Assembly (NCBI RefSeq): GCF_964355755.1
Contig: NC_092673.1
Span: 17,729,648-17,793,647, forward strand
Direction of reading: 5' to 3'
Source: Antedon mediterranea
Taxonomy: Eukaryota; Animalia; Echinodermata
DNA: 64,000 nt
The position numbers and the translations under genes were made by a program. Below, piece by piece: positions 51,717 through 64,000 of this stretch (within the stretch, counting starts at the first letter, position 1; every line of letters starts with the position of its first letter). Under the pieces are notes generated by a model. That model did no database searches and was not told the origin of the DNA. It saw nothing but the letters and a program-made list of their open reading frames with translations.

Positions 51717-51946
51717 TGAAAATATTCTCCCCATTCAACTTATAAAAATTCTTCATAGAAACTAAATAAAAACAAATAATTTAAAACATTTAAATGCAAC
51801 TGTTGGCAAAACTGTGCTGTCTGTCATGCAAATTAATAGATGTTGGCATCATCCATCTGCTAAAACCTCGCTAATGTATATGTACATATGTACATCTTTA
51901 GTTGTGTTCTTGATTGACTACAGTGTACTTTTTTTTAAATTCAATT

Positions 51947-52356
51947 TATTACACAGAGGCGCCTCACAAGGTGGAACCACCTTAGCATCAAGGTGCCTCA
52001 GACAACAAATACAACATTACACAGAGGCGCCTCACAAGGTGGAACCACCTTAGCATCAAGGCGCCTCAGACAACAAATACAACATTACACAGAGGCACCT
52101 CACAAGGTGGAACCACCTTAGCATCAAGGCGCCTCAGACAACAAATACAACATTACACAGAGGCACCTCACAAGATGGAACCACCTTAGCATCAAGGTGC
52201 CTCAGACAACAAATACAACATTACACAGAGGCACTTCACAAGGTGGAACCACCTTAGCATCAAGGCGCCTCAGACAAAAAATGCAACATTACACAGAGGC
52301 ACCTCACAAGGTGGAACCACCTTAGCATCAAGGCGCCTCAGACAACAAATACAACA
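51947..52356. repeat. 69 bp tandem repeat, about 6 copies, each with a hairpin
   Basis: Unit TTACACAGAGGCGCCTCACAAGGTGGAACCACCTTAGCATCAAGGCGCCTCAGACAACAAATACAACA. Confidence 0.95.
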
Positions 52357-53397
52357 AAAATGTACACAATTACGATACCGTTAGCGCCCGTAAACAAATA
52401 TATTAATAAAGCTATGAAACCTATGGTAATTAACTGTTTATAGCATAAATTTAAGTATAGTTTGCAATAAAATATATAATGAAATACATAACATATAAAG
52501 ATATCCAAATATAAACTATAAAATTTTATACAGATACGTGTTTAAAAATGTCGAAATAAACATTTTATTTATTTATTTAGGTATATAAAAAACATTACAA
52601 AAAGCAGAACAAGTCTGAAATTATTGTAGTACATATAACAGCTAAACATTACAGAAAAAAACAGATCTGTAAAATGAAGTACGCCCTCATTCGTCATACT
52701 TTTATCAAACTTGTGAATTTTTAGTTATAATACGGAACACATACAATTTGTTAGTTATTGCCTCTTTTCTATTTTATATCCATTTTTTTAATCATAGAAA
52801 ATAATGTTTTTATATCTTCTAACACATTACAACATCTAGTATACCATTATGATGGATTTTTACGACTCTACAGCTCACTATGTTGGTCGGTTGGTTGGTC
52901 AATCCTAACTTGAGCACGCGACTGCAGCCATGTACTGTATATGGCCTTGTTTAGTGGCATACTGCATATGACCCGTAATGATCTCCTGGTCTGGTTTTAT
53001 TCTGAACATTCTTTTTTCTTCAACAGCATTATTGCATGGATATCAGAGCGCATTGCATATTTTAAACTATCATTCATAAAAAATTGTCTGATTTAGACGA
53101 ATCTCAAACTTTCGGTGGTTTATGTTTGAAAGAGTAAAGATAGCATCTATCATAGACGCAAAATGGATTATGCTCATTTATATTATTGGTTTTCTTCTTA
53201 CTCTAGTCTAATTGACATTGACCAATCGCGAATACAGGAATATAAATACAGGTACATGAATTAAATGTCCACTGCCCACAATAGAAGTGGAAAATAACCT
53301 TAGTAAATACTATTCTGACAAATAACTTTAGTTTAAAAGAATTATGCCTACTTACAAATTCTTAAACATGTTTAAAAATGTTCCTATTTGTTTTATA

Positions 53398-53953
53398 ATT
53401 ACCTCCGCCAAGGAGGTTATGTTTTCACCCCTGTATGTTGGTGTGTGTGTGTGTGCGTTTGTGTGTGTGTCTGTGAACAGCCTGGAGGCCACAGTTTTTA
53501 TCCGATTCTCACCAAATTTGGACACAATGATCTATGCCTCAAAAGCTCGGACGAGTTCGAATTTGAGGGGAAAAGTCATAGGTCAAGGTCACAACTAACA
53601 AAAAACTATTTTACTGCCTAGAGACCACAGTTTTTATCTGATTCTCACCAAACTTAGCCACAATGATCAATGACACATCATATAATTGTGGTTAAATTTT
53701 GAAGGGTCAGGGTCAAAGATCAAGGTCCACAAAAAACTATAAAAAAAAAAAAAATAAATAAAAAATAAATAAAAAAACCTCAGTGGGACTTGAACCAGCG
53801 ATCTCAACTGTGAGAGGCTGGATACATAACCATTACACCACACTGTCATCCACAACTTTGTAGCGTGCAGTTAACATATTTACACTTAGAACTAATAAAA
53901 AAAAGGGAAATTTTACAGTAGGCGGAGGTTTGTACTCTCGGAGTACCCTCTAG
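53398..53953 (-). mobile_element. HINE-like element, inverted copy of 7731-8313
   Basis: Reverse-complement near-identity including termini and (GT)n; the same spurious ORFs appear in both copies. Confidence 0.75.
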
Positions 53954-54031
53954 TTTATTATGTTACACAAAAACATGGAAATTAATCTAATGCAATTTAT
54001 TTTTTACAGATGACAGCGTAAATAAAGTGAA

Positions 54032-56743
54032 ATGGCAGATTCACAAGGTAATGTTCAGATGATTATAAAATTCAAATCAAAATCAGTCTTCCATTCATAA
54101 AATTAATGATATAGAATTCTATTAATGTCAGTTTATAGTCTCGGTACTAAAATAAATGAGTATTATAAAATAGTTGACGATTTAATTGTACAGTTCAAGT
54201 ATATTATATACCTGTATCAATAGGAATGTATTATATTGTTAATTCAAATGTATTTGATGATAATTGATAATTAATTTTGTAAATTTTGTAAATGATATTT
54301 CAATTTCTGCCTTAAGTAATGATTTGTCAAATGTTGACTGGACTAGTATTTGTAACTCCAATGAACCCAATGAGGCATACGCATTATTCAACGACATATT
54401 ATTTAGTACATTATATAATAACAACATAAAAACCACTCGTTCCAGACGCAATATTCGGAAAGAAAAAAAACCTTGGATAACTAAAGGCTTAATTAAATCT
54501 ATCGACAAAAAACACAAATTATATAAAACATTTCTTATATCTAAAAAGCAAAAGGACAAAGATAAATATGTTAAATATCGAAATGTACTTACCAAAATCC
54601 TTCGTACTGCCCAAAAGAATTATTACAGTGACAAATTTGAATTCCATAAAAATAACATCCAAAAAACCTGGCAAACAATAAATGGAGTCCTTGGCAAGAA
54701 ACCTGGTAAACCGTTTCCTTCTCACTTTATTAACAATGACATTGAATTAAATAATCCTCAACGAATTGCAACTGAATTCAATAATTATTTTACTAATATA
54801 GGGCCAAATTTAGTTAACAAAATACATGTGTCAGATAATGATAATTATACTTCTACCCTACCTCGTCCATGTGTGCACTCTCTCTTTCTTAGTCCAGTAA
54901 CCGAACATGAAGTTGTCAGTATAATACTTTCCCTCAAAGATAATAAATCTCCTGGGTTTGATGGGTTTTCCAATACAATTATTAAACGTGTTTCTAATTT
55001 TATATGCAAACCCTTAACTCACATTTTTAATACTTTTTTTCAAACTGGTATTTTTCCTGATTGTTTTAAAATAGCTAAAGTCATCCCTATCTACAAGAAA
55101 GAAGATCCTCATCATTTCAATAACTACAGACCAATCTCCCTACTTCCTTGTTTCTCAAAATTAATTGAAAAAATAATGCATAATCGAATTTCTGCCTTTT
55201 TAACTAAACATAACATTTTATTTAAAGGCCAATATGGTCTTCAACAGATCTTGATTTATTAGATATTTTTTACAAAATTACAACTGCCCTGAGTAAGAAT
55301 GAGTTTTCTGTTGGCATTTTCCTTGATTTATCTAAGGCCTTCGATACTATTAACCATGATATTTACGGTATCAGAGGCCTTCCTTTAAAACTAATTAAAA
55401 GCTACCTTTTCAATCGTGTTCAGTTTACTTCTTTAAATAATTTTAACTCTTCCTATTCCCGTTTAACCTGTGGTGTTCCCCAAGGATCGATTCTTGGACC
55501 ACTCTTATTCTTGATTTTTGTTAACGATATACCAAACAGCTCTAAATTACTAAATTGTTTAAAATTGTCAATGATGAGTTACTTAAAGTTTCAAATTGGC
55601 TCAAGCACAATAAATTAACTGTTAATACATTCAAAACGAACTATATAATATTTTCTAAACGTAAAATTTCAAATTAACAAACAAATATACATTGATAATA
55701 AAATCATCAAACGAGTATAATGAAACACAATTTTTAGGAGTAACCATAGATGCCTCTCTGACTTGGAAACTACATATAAATAAAATCAGTAATCTAGTTT
55801 CCAGAAATGTTGGAATATTGAACAAATTAAAACATATCTTCCCTCAAAAAACCTTATTAACCCTTTATAATACTTTAGTTTTGCCTTACTTTTCTTATGC
55901 CAATTTATGTTGGGCAATTACTCTAGATAAATTTAATACGTTATGCCCCTGGACAAGTCTAGAGAAAACTCAAATAGACCGCCTTTTTAAACTACAAAAA
56001 CGTGCACTTCGGATTTGCGCGGGAGAATCATTTAGAGCCCATACAAAATTACTTTTTAAAAGATTTAACGTTTTAAACATTTATGATTTAAATAAATTAC
56101 AAGTTGCCTCATTTATGTACCGTTTATCTAACAATTTACTGCCTTCACATTTTAATGCTTTATTTACAAGGATTGACAAACGCCATTCCTATAAAACCCG
56201 ATCCTCTGTAAACAATTATATCTTTGATAATTTAAATGTTAAGGCTCGACGATCTGTTATTTATTATTTTGGTCCCAAACTTTGGACTTCACTCTCAAAT
56301 GAATTTAACAGAAATCTTCCTTTTCTAGTTTTAAATCTAATTTCAAACACAAAATGGTGTCAGAATGCTACATAATTTTTTGCCGATCTTTTATCCTTAT
56401 TTATTTGGTGATACATGGCATTAAATTCTTCACCCTGGTATTCAATAATCTCCGCTACATTGTATCGTTAATACTTGTTATTAAAATACCATAAATACCA
56501 TATTTAATTATATTTCATATTGTACTCTAATTGTTATCATTATCCCTTTTATCATTATATTATATAATTGCCTGGTTTATCTTAACTTAAATTTTTGATT
56601 TCATGTACTTTCACTATTATATATTTATATTTTAGTCTACTCTGTAGCAATGTTAGTATACTTATAGGCATACGGGGGTCACGACTTAATGTTCTGTGAA
56701 CTTACTGTGACCTCCATCCACCCACATTCAATATATGTTGTGT

Positions 56744-56779
<36 letters not shown>

Positions 56780-59700
56780 TGAGTGGAAAAAATAAATAAA
56801 CAAAACGAAATTGAAGGAGTCAAAAAATACAAAATTGACTACCAAAGAAATGTCATTCTTAGGTCATTGAATATTAAGGGTAGCATAATCTTGAAGATCA
56901 TTGTAACCACCGTTTTAGCCTAATTTGGTATATTTTTTCTTTTGTCCAGAGAATTAATAAAAGAAATTAAAACAAATCTATTTAAATCAGTGCATATAGC
57001 TTATAATTCGTCATAGTGACGAACTAAATCTGGTTTTATTTGAGTTACTGAAAAAGATACTTTGAAATCTTATTTAATCAGTTGAAAAGGATCCATCTGC
57101 TATTACTGCTCATGGTGCAGATGTTCAGGAAGCGTACACTAAGGCATTGACTGAGGGATCCTTCAAAATCAATCTTGGAATGCTTAAAGTGATTGGACAA
57201 GAAGGAGTGGGTAAAACATCCCTCATAAATGCCTTACTTGGAAAGGAGTAAGTACTATTAGTAGTTCAGTACAGGGAAATGAACATAAGAAGTATGTGAG
57301 TCAACTAAAGAATACAAACTAGCCATTTTCTTGAATTTTTGTAATGGAAGAGAGTTAATAACTTTTTTGGCACATATAATATTGATAGATATCCAAAAGT
57401 TCATAATTTCATCCTAAGGGGAAGTGCACTCCTCTAGCCCCCCCCCCCCCCTCCCCCACCCTCCCACTTGCTTAAGAGCCTGTTTCAATAAACCATTTAT
57501 TTATTATTACCACTTTTTAAGTGTCACAATTTGAATACTGATATAAATGATATTTACTTCAGATTTGAGAAAGCTCATAACATTACAAATGGCATAGCAG
57601 TAATAAGAACAGCAAGCACAACATGGAATGAGGCTACAGCTGATAGTGGTAAACATAAATACAAATTAGCATTGTTATTATTATCCCTATCATTAAAAAC
57701 ACATAGAGTCTCACAGTGAAACACTATACTACATTTTGACAAAGACCATGGGGTTAGAGATGGAATTAATAGTGGTTACTGTAAGCAAAGATGAACAGAG
57801 AATACTGCTGATACTTTTAGGATAAGTGAAAACAATTAGCATTATCCCCAGACAAGATCTCACAGTAAAACGGTATACTGCACACTGAAAGATAAATTGA
57901 AAATATTTTTGGATATTAATTTGCATATTAGCAATAGAGTAACCGGAATAATGTACATAGAGGCTAATTGTCAAACATCTAATTTTCACATTTCATTTCA
58001 ATATTATAGATATTTATTAATATTTTACTATTAATAAAACCAATATGATTATATTTTTCTAAAGGTAACCCTTCAAAACAGTATACAAAAATGGTCGCTG
58101 ATAAACTGAGAGGAATGGTAAGTTCATTTAAATAGTGCCTAGATTCTAATACTGCTAAATTAATTAATTAGACTTTATATAAGTCTTAAACTAAACGGCA
58201 TGGAATAATTATAAAAACAGTCAACAAAAAATGCTTAATATCATTTTTTTCTTGTGTCAGGTTGACAATGAATCTCCAGCAGCAGGTATGGAATTTCCTT
58301 TTAAATTTTGTTTTTTGTCAATAATACTTAAAGATAAGAATATCTAAGAATTTTTAGTTATTAATGTTGCACAACTTGTTTTTAACATTTGCACTTCTAA
58401 GTGACATAAATTAACGTTTTCATATTAGCTGAGTTTGAGTGAAGTTTAAATCCCTTGTTGGTAAAGTTCTCGTTTCAGTTTAGCCTTATAATTCCTGTAA
58501 TATAATGTTCTGCTCTAATAGACAATTTTGTTTTGTAATAAAACTTTCAGTTTACTATTATAATTTGTATTACTGTATTTTGTACAAGATACAAGATAAC
58601 TTTATTGTCAAAATTGTTAACAATTTCGAGATATGTTTTGTACCTGAGTAGAATAAATAATACGATGTGATAACTATAAATAAATACAAATGATACAAGT
58701 GACTATCTTGAAAAGTTTTTGTTAAATAAATTGCATGCTATGTACATTGAGGAAAATCTGAAACGGTGTGTGGATATTTTTTTCTGTGTCAGTCTAACCC
58801 TTCCTGATCTACTTATAATGATGTCTGAATGTAATGGGTGGGTCTTGCATAATTGTGTCAAATTTCTGAAGTATGAATGCATTAAACATTTCATCTAAAG
58901 GTTTCACTTCTACACCGATAACTCTGTTGGCCTTATTTACTAATCTCTGAATTTGACTTTTACTGTTTACATTAATATGAGAAAACCAAACAATAATGCA
59001 ATAAGAAATGATTGATTGAACAACATATGAATGAAACATATGAATGAGATGAGAACTAACATTAAACCGTTTCATTTTGTATATAAAGTACATTCTCTTA
59101 TTAGCCTTGGTACGGAGTTCTTTAGTGTTGCTCTCCCAATTTAGTTTATTATCAATTATAATCCCAAGTAGACCTTTTGTAACTAGAATAATGCCAATTA
59201 TTTACAAAAATTATAATTTATTTTGTTATTGACAATCCACAACCATTTAGAATAATCTGATATTTTAAAAATGTATTTTCCCAATCTAAAGTAGCTAAAG
59301 AAACATACAATCTCCATTGTGGTTATTTGATCAATTAACCAATCTGTATAACACTTTTCTAAATATACTATGACAATGATATTGACTTTAATGATGATTA
59401 CTACTACAAAAATGACAACAACAGTGATGATAATGAATACAACAATGATAATGAGATCAATGAAAATGATTAGAATGATAACTGATGAACAATAATGATA
59501 ATAATAATTATGATAATATTAATGATGCTATCCTACATAAGTGTTGAGTGTGACAAAAAAAATATTTCACTGCAGGTACTGAAGCTATGCCATTTGATAT
59601 AGAGGAACAGTTAGATAAAGATGTAATTCAGGCTATTGAGCAAAATAAGGGGGAAACATATGAAGACACGTTCAACATCTGGGATCATGGGGGACAACAC

Positions 59701-62700
59701 ATGTACCATGGTATACATCGTGTAAGTTATGATTGTATTTGCTTTGAATAAAGGTCCATAGACATATAGTATTCTTCTATTCTTCAATATAATAACAACA
59801 TTGATTATTTACACAGTGCTTAAATAAAGGTTGTAAGTCCATAGACATATAGTATTCTTCTATTCTTCAATATAATAACATTGATTATTTACACAGTGCT
59901 CAAATAAAGGTTGTAAGTCCATAGACATATAGTATTCTTCTATTCTTCAATATGATAACAACATTGATTATTTATACAGTGCTCAAACAAAGGTTGTAAG
60001 TCCATAGACATATAGTATTCTTTTATTCTTCAATATAATAACAACATTGATTATTTACACAGTGCTTAAATAAAGGTTGTAAGTCCATAGACATTTTATT
60101 CTTCTATTCTTCAATATAATAACAACATTGATTATTTACACAGTGCTCAAATAAAGGTTGTAAGTCCATAGACATTTTATTCTTCTATTCTTAAATATGA
60201 TAACAACATTGATTATTTACACAGTGCTCAAATAAAGGTTGTAAGTTCATAGACATATAGTATTCTTCTATTCTTCAATATGATAACAACATTGATTATT
60301 TACACAGTGCTCAAATAAAGGTTGTAAGTCCATAGACATATAGTATTCTTCTATTCTTCAATATAATAACAATATTGATTATTTACACAGTGCTCAAATA
60401 AAGGTTGTAAGTCCTTAGACATTTTATTCTTCTATTCTTCAATATAATAACAACATTGATTATTTACACAGTGCTTAAATAAAGGTTGTAAGTCCATAGA
60501 CATTTTATTCTTCTATTCTTCAATATAATAACAACATTGATTATTTACACAGTGCTCAAATAAAGGTTGTAAGTCCTTAGACATTTTATTCTTCTATTCT
60601 TCAATATAATAACAACATTGATTATTTACACAGTGCTCAAATAAAGGTTGTAAGTCCATAGACATTTTATTCTTCTATTCTTCAATATGATAACAACATT
60701 GATTATTTACACAGTGCTTAAATAAAGGTTGTAAGTCCATAGACATTTTATTCTTCTATTCTTCAATATGATAACAACATTGATTATTTACACAGTGCTC
60801 AAATAAAGGTTGTAAGTCCTTAGACATTTTATTCTTCTATTCTTCAATATGATAACAACATTGATTATTTACACAGTGCTTAAATAAAGGTTGTAAGTCC
60901 TTAGACATTTTATTCTTCTATTCTTCAATATGATAACAACATTGATTATTTACACAGTGCTTAAATAAAGGTTGTAAGTCCATAGACATTTTATTCTTCT
61001 ATTCTTCAATATAATAACAACATTGATTATTTACACAGTGCTTAAATAAAGGTTGTAAGTCCATAGACATATAGTATTTTTCTATTCTTCAATATGATAA
61101 CAACATTGATTATTTACACAGTGCTCAAATAAAGGTTGTAAGTCCATAGACATTTTATTCTTCTATTCTTCAATATGATAACAACATTGATTATTTACAC
61201 AGTGCTCAAATAAAGGTTGTAAGTCCATAGACATATAGTATTCTTCTATTCTTCAATATAATAACAATATTGATTATTTACACAGTGCTCAAATAAAGGT
61301 TGTAAGTCCATAGACATTTTATTCTTCTATTCTTCAATATAATAACAACATTGATTATTTACACAGTGCTTAAATAAAGGTTGTAAGTCCATAGACATTT
61401 TATTCTTCTATTCTTCAATATGATAACAACATTGATTATTTACACAGTGCTTAAATAAAGGTTGTAAGTCCATAGACATATAGTATTCTTCTATTCTTCA
61501 ATATAATAACAACATTGATTATTTACACAGTGCTCAAATAAAGGTTGTAAGTCCTTAGACATTTTATTCTTCTATTCTTCAATATGATAACAACATTGAT
61601 TATTTACACAGTGCTCAAATAAAGGTTGTAAGTCCATAGACATATAGTATTCTTTTATTCTTCAATATAATAACAACATTGATTATTTACACAGTGCTTA
61701 AATAAAGGTTGTAAGTCCATAGACATTTTATTCTTCTATTCTTCAATATAATAACAACATTGATTATTTACACAGTGCTCAAATAAAGGTTGTAAGTCCA
61801 TAGACATTTTATTCTTCTATTCTTAAATATGATAACAACATTGATTATTTACACAGTGCTCAAATAAAGGTTGTAAGTTCATAGACATATAGTATTCTTC
61901 TATTCTTCAATATGATAACAACATTGATTATTTACACAGTGCTCAAATAAAGGTTGTAAGTCCATAGACATATAGTATTCTTATATTCTTCAATATAATA
62001 ACAACATTGATTATTTACACAGTGCTCAAATAAAGGTTGTAAGTCCATAGACATTTTATTCTTATATTCTTCAATATGATAACAACATTGATTATTTACA
62101 CAGTGCTCAAATAAAGGTTGTAAGTCCATAGACATTTTATTCTTCTATTCTTCAATATGATAACAACATTGATTATTTACACAGTGCTTAAATAAAGGTT
62201 GTAAGTCCATAGACATTTTATTCTTCTATTCTTCAATATGATAACAACATTGATTATTTACACAGTGCTTAAATAAAGGTTGTAAGTCCATAGACATTTT
62301 ATTCTTCTATTCTTCAATATGATAACAACATTGATTATTTACACAGTGCTTAAATAAAGGTTGTAAGTCCTTAGACATTTTATTCTTCTATTCTTCAATA
62401 TGATAACAACATTGATTATTTACACAGTGCTTAAATAAAGGTTGTAAGTCCTTAGACATTTTATTCTTCTATTCTTCAATATAATAACAACATTGATTAT
62501 TTACACAGTGCTCAAATAAAGGTTGTAAGTCCTTAGACATTTTATTCTTCTATTCTTCAATATGATAACAACATTGATTATTTACACAGTGCTCAAATAA
62601 AGGTTGTAAGTCCATAGACATTTTATTCTTCTATTCTTCAATATGATAACAACATTGATTATTTACACAGTGCTTAAATAAAGGTTGTAAGTCCATAGAC

Positions 62701-64000
62701 ATTTTATTCTTCTATTCTTCAATATGATAACAACATTGATTATTTACACAGTGCTCAAATAAAGGTTGTAAGTCCTTAGACATTTTATTCTTCTATTCTT
62801 CAATATGATAACAACATTGATTATTTACACAGTGCTTAAATAAAGGTTGTAAGTCCATAGACATTTTATTCTTCTATTCTTCAATATAATAACAACATTG
62901 ATTATTTACACAGTGCTTAAATAAAGGTTGTAAGTCCATAGACATATAGTATTCTTCTATTCTTCAATATGATAACAACATTGATTATTTACACAGTGCT
63001 CAAATAAAGGTTGTAAGTCCATAGACATTTTATTCTTCTATTCTTCAATATGATAACAACATTGATTATTTACACAGTGCTCAAATAAAGGTTGTAAGTC
63101 CATAGACATATAGTATTCTTCTATTCTTCAATATGATAACAACATTGATTATTTACACAGTGCTTAAATAAAGGTTGTAAGTCCATAGACATTTTATTCT
63201 TCTATTCTTCAATATAATAACAACATTGATTATTTACACAGTGCTCAAATAAAGGTTGTAAGTCCATAGACATATAGTATTCTTCTATTCTTCAATATAA
63301 TAACAACATTGATTATTTACACAGTGCTCAAATAAAGGTTGTAAGTCCATAGACATTTTATTCTTCTATTCTTCAATATGATAACAACATTGATTATTTA
63401 CACAGTGCTCAAATAAAGGTTGTAAGTCCATAGACATTTTATTCTTCTATTCTTCAATATAATAACAAACATTGATTATTTACACAGTGCTTTAAAAAAG
63501 GTTGTAAGTCCATAGACATTTTATTCTTCTATTCTTCAATATAATAACAACATTGATTATTTACACAGTGCTTAAATACTTTTTTTACAATTTTGTTTTA
63601 AATATTTATTTACTACACTATTAATTTTTAATAGAGAACAATTGCACTTGATAAAAAGATCTCAGTGTTTGAGTATTGATGTTTCAGAAGTTTTTATCTT
63701 CCTTTACTGTAGGAAATAATAGTTGTGCATATTTCTTTTTTCCTAGATGTTCATGACATCGGAAGCCCTTTACATCGTAGTGTTTGATCTCAGTACCCCT
63801 CTTAATGATCCTGCCATTACCATTGATTCAAATGGAGTAAGTATTTAAAGACAATGTTAAGGTAAAGGTATTTGTGATTAAAGATACCTACCAGAAGAGT
63901 GAGACGATTAAGAAAAAAATATGACTATTTTATTTTATTTTAATCAAATAAAGATATAATGTGTAGTGTTTTTTTTCTTTCAGCATAAACGTAAACATCA
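54032..64000 (+). CDS. ROCO protein gene 2 (tandem paralogue): Roc domain, 3' end runs off the window
   Basis: Exons 54032-54047 (candidate start, MADSQ), 57082-57247, 57563-57648, 58065-58117, 58261-58285, 59576-59721, 63747-63836, 63984->64000. Same intron positions and phases as gene 1. Motifs GQEGVGKTS, TNGI, IWDHGGQ, LYIVVFDLS. Confidence 0.85.
54303..56812 (+). mobile_element. Degenerate 5'-truncated CR1-group LINE in an intron of ROCO gene 2
   Basis: ORFs 54264-55262 and 55692-56375 contain KPWIT, KSPGFDG, NYRPISLLP and FLGVTID. LDLSKAFDTINH and GVPQGSILGP occur in shifted frames. 3' (TA)n and AATAAA tail. Confidence 0.9.
58583..59170 (-). mobile_element. 3' fragment of a LINE (Rex1/Babar- or L2-like)
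   Basis: LGIIIDNKLNWESNTKEL...KRMYFIYKMKRF...QSIISYCIIVWF; short (TCTTGTA)n tail. Confidence 0.7.
59746..63578. repeat. Intronic satellite, 81/83 bp unit, about 47 copies (3.8 kb)
   Basis: Unit AAATAAAGGTTGTAAGTCCATAGACATTTTATTCTTCTATTCTTCAATATGATAACAACATTGATTATTTACACAGTGCTC with a few recurrent variants. Confidence 0.98.

Noticed and set aside
59746-63578. CRISPR-like array
   Set aside because: Units are contiguous with no unique spacers, there are no cas genes, and the context is a eukaryotic intron.

Overview
AT-rich, intron-rich eukaryotic (animal) genomic DNA. The invertebrate/deuterostome origin, possibly echinoderm, is an inference. The + strand carries a tandem cluster of ROCO-type (Roc-COR GTPase) genes. 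Gene 1 can be rebuilt exon by exon with GT-AG boundaries and consistent phases from 20994 to 41999. It encodes Roc, COR and a C-terminal exon with two death-fold (DED-like) domains. Upstream (1203-9304) is an array of five recently duplicated, single-ankyrin-repeat, phase 0-0 exons. Their introns and scaffold codons are nearly identical, but their predicted binding-surface codons are hypervariable; one exon is split by an Academ-like transposon. Gene 2 (54032 to the window end) is a Roc paralogue with the same intron positions and appears to start directly at Roc, with no ankyrin module. The rest is transposon-derived or tandem repeat: a Gypsy 3' end, several LINEs, a tRNA-derived SINE, Academ-, MULE- and Kolobok-like elements, nested Helentron-type non-autonomous elements, and three minisatellites. 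The best candidate for an undescribed system is an NLR-like, exon-cassette-diversified ANK-Roc-COR-DED-DED immune receptor, possibly paired with a sensorless ROCO. The splice link from the ANK array to Roc is inferred, not proven.
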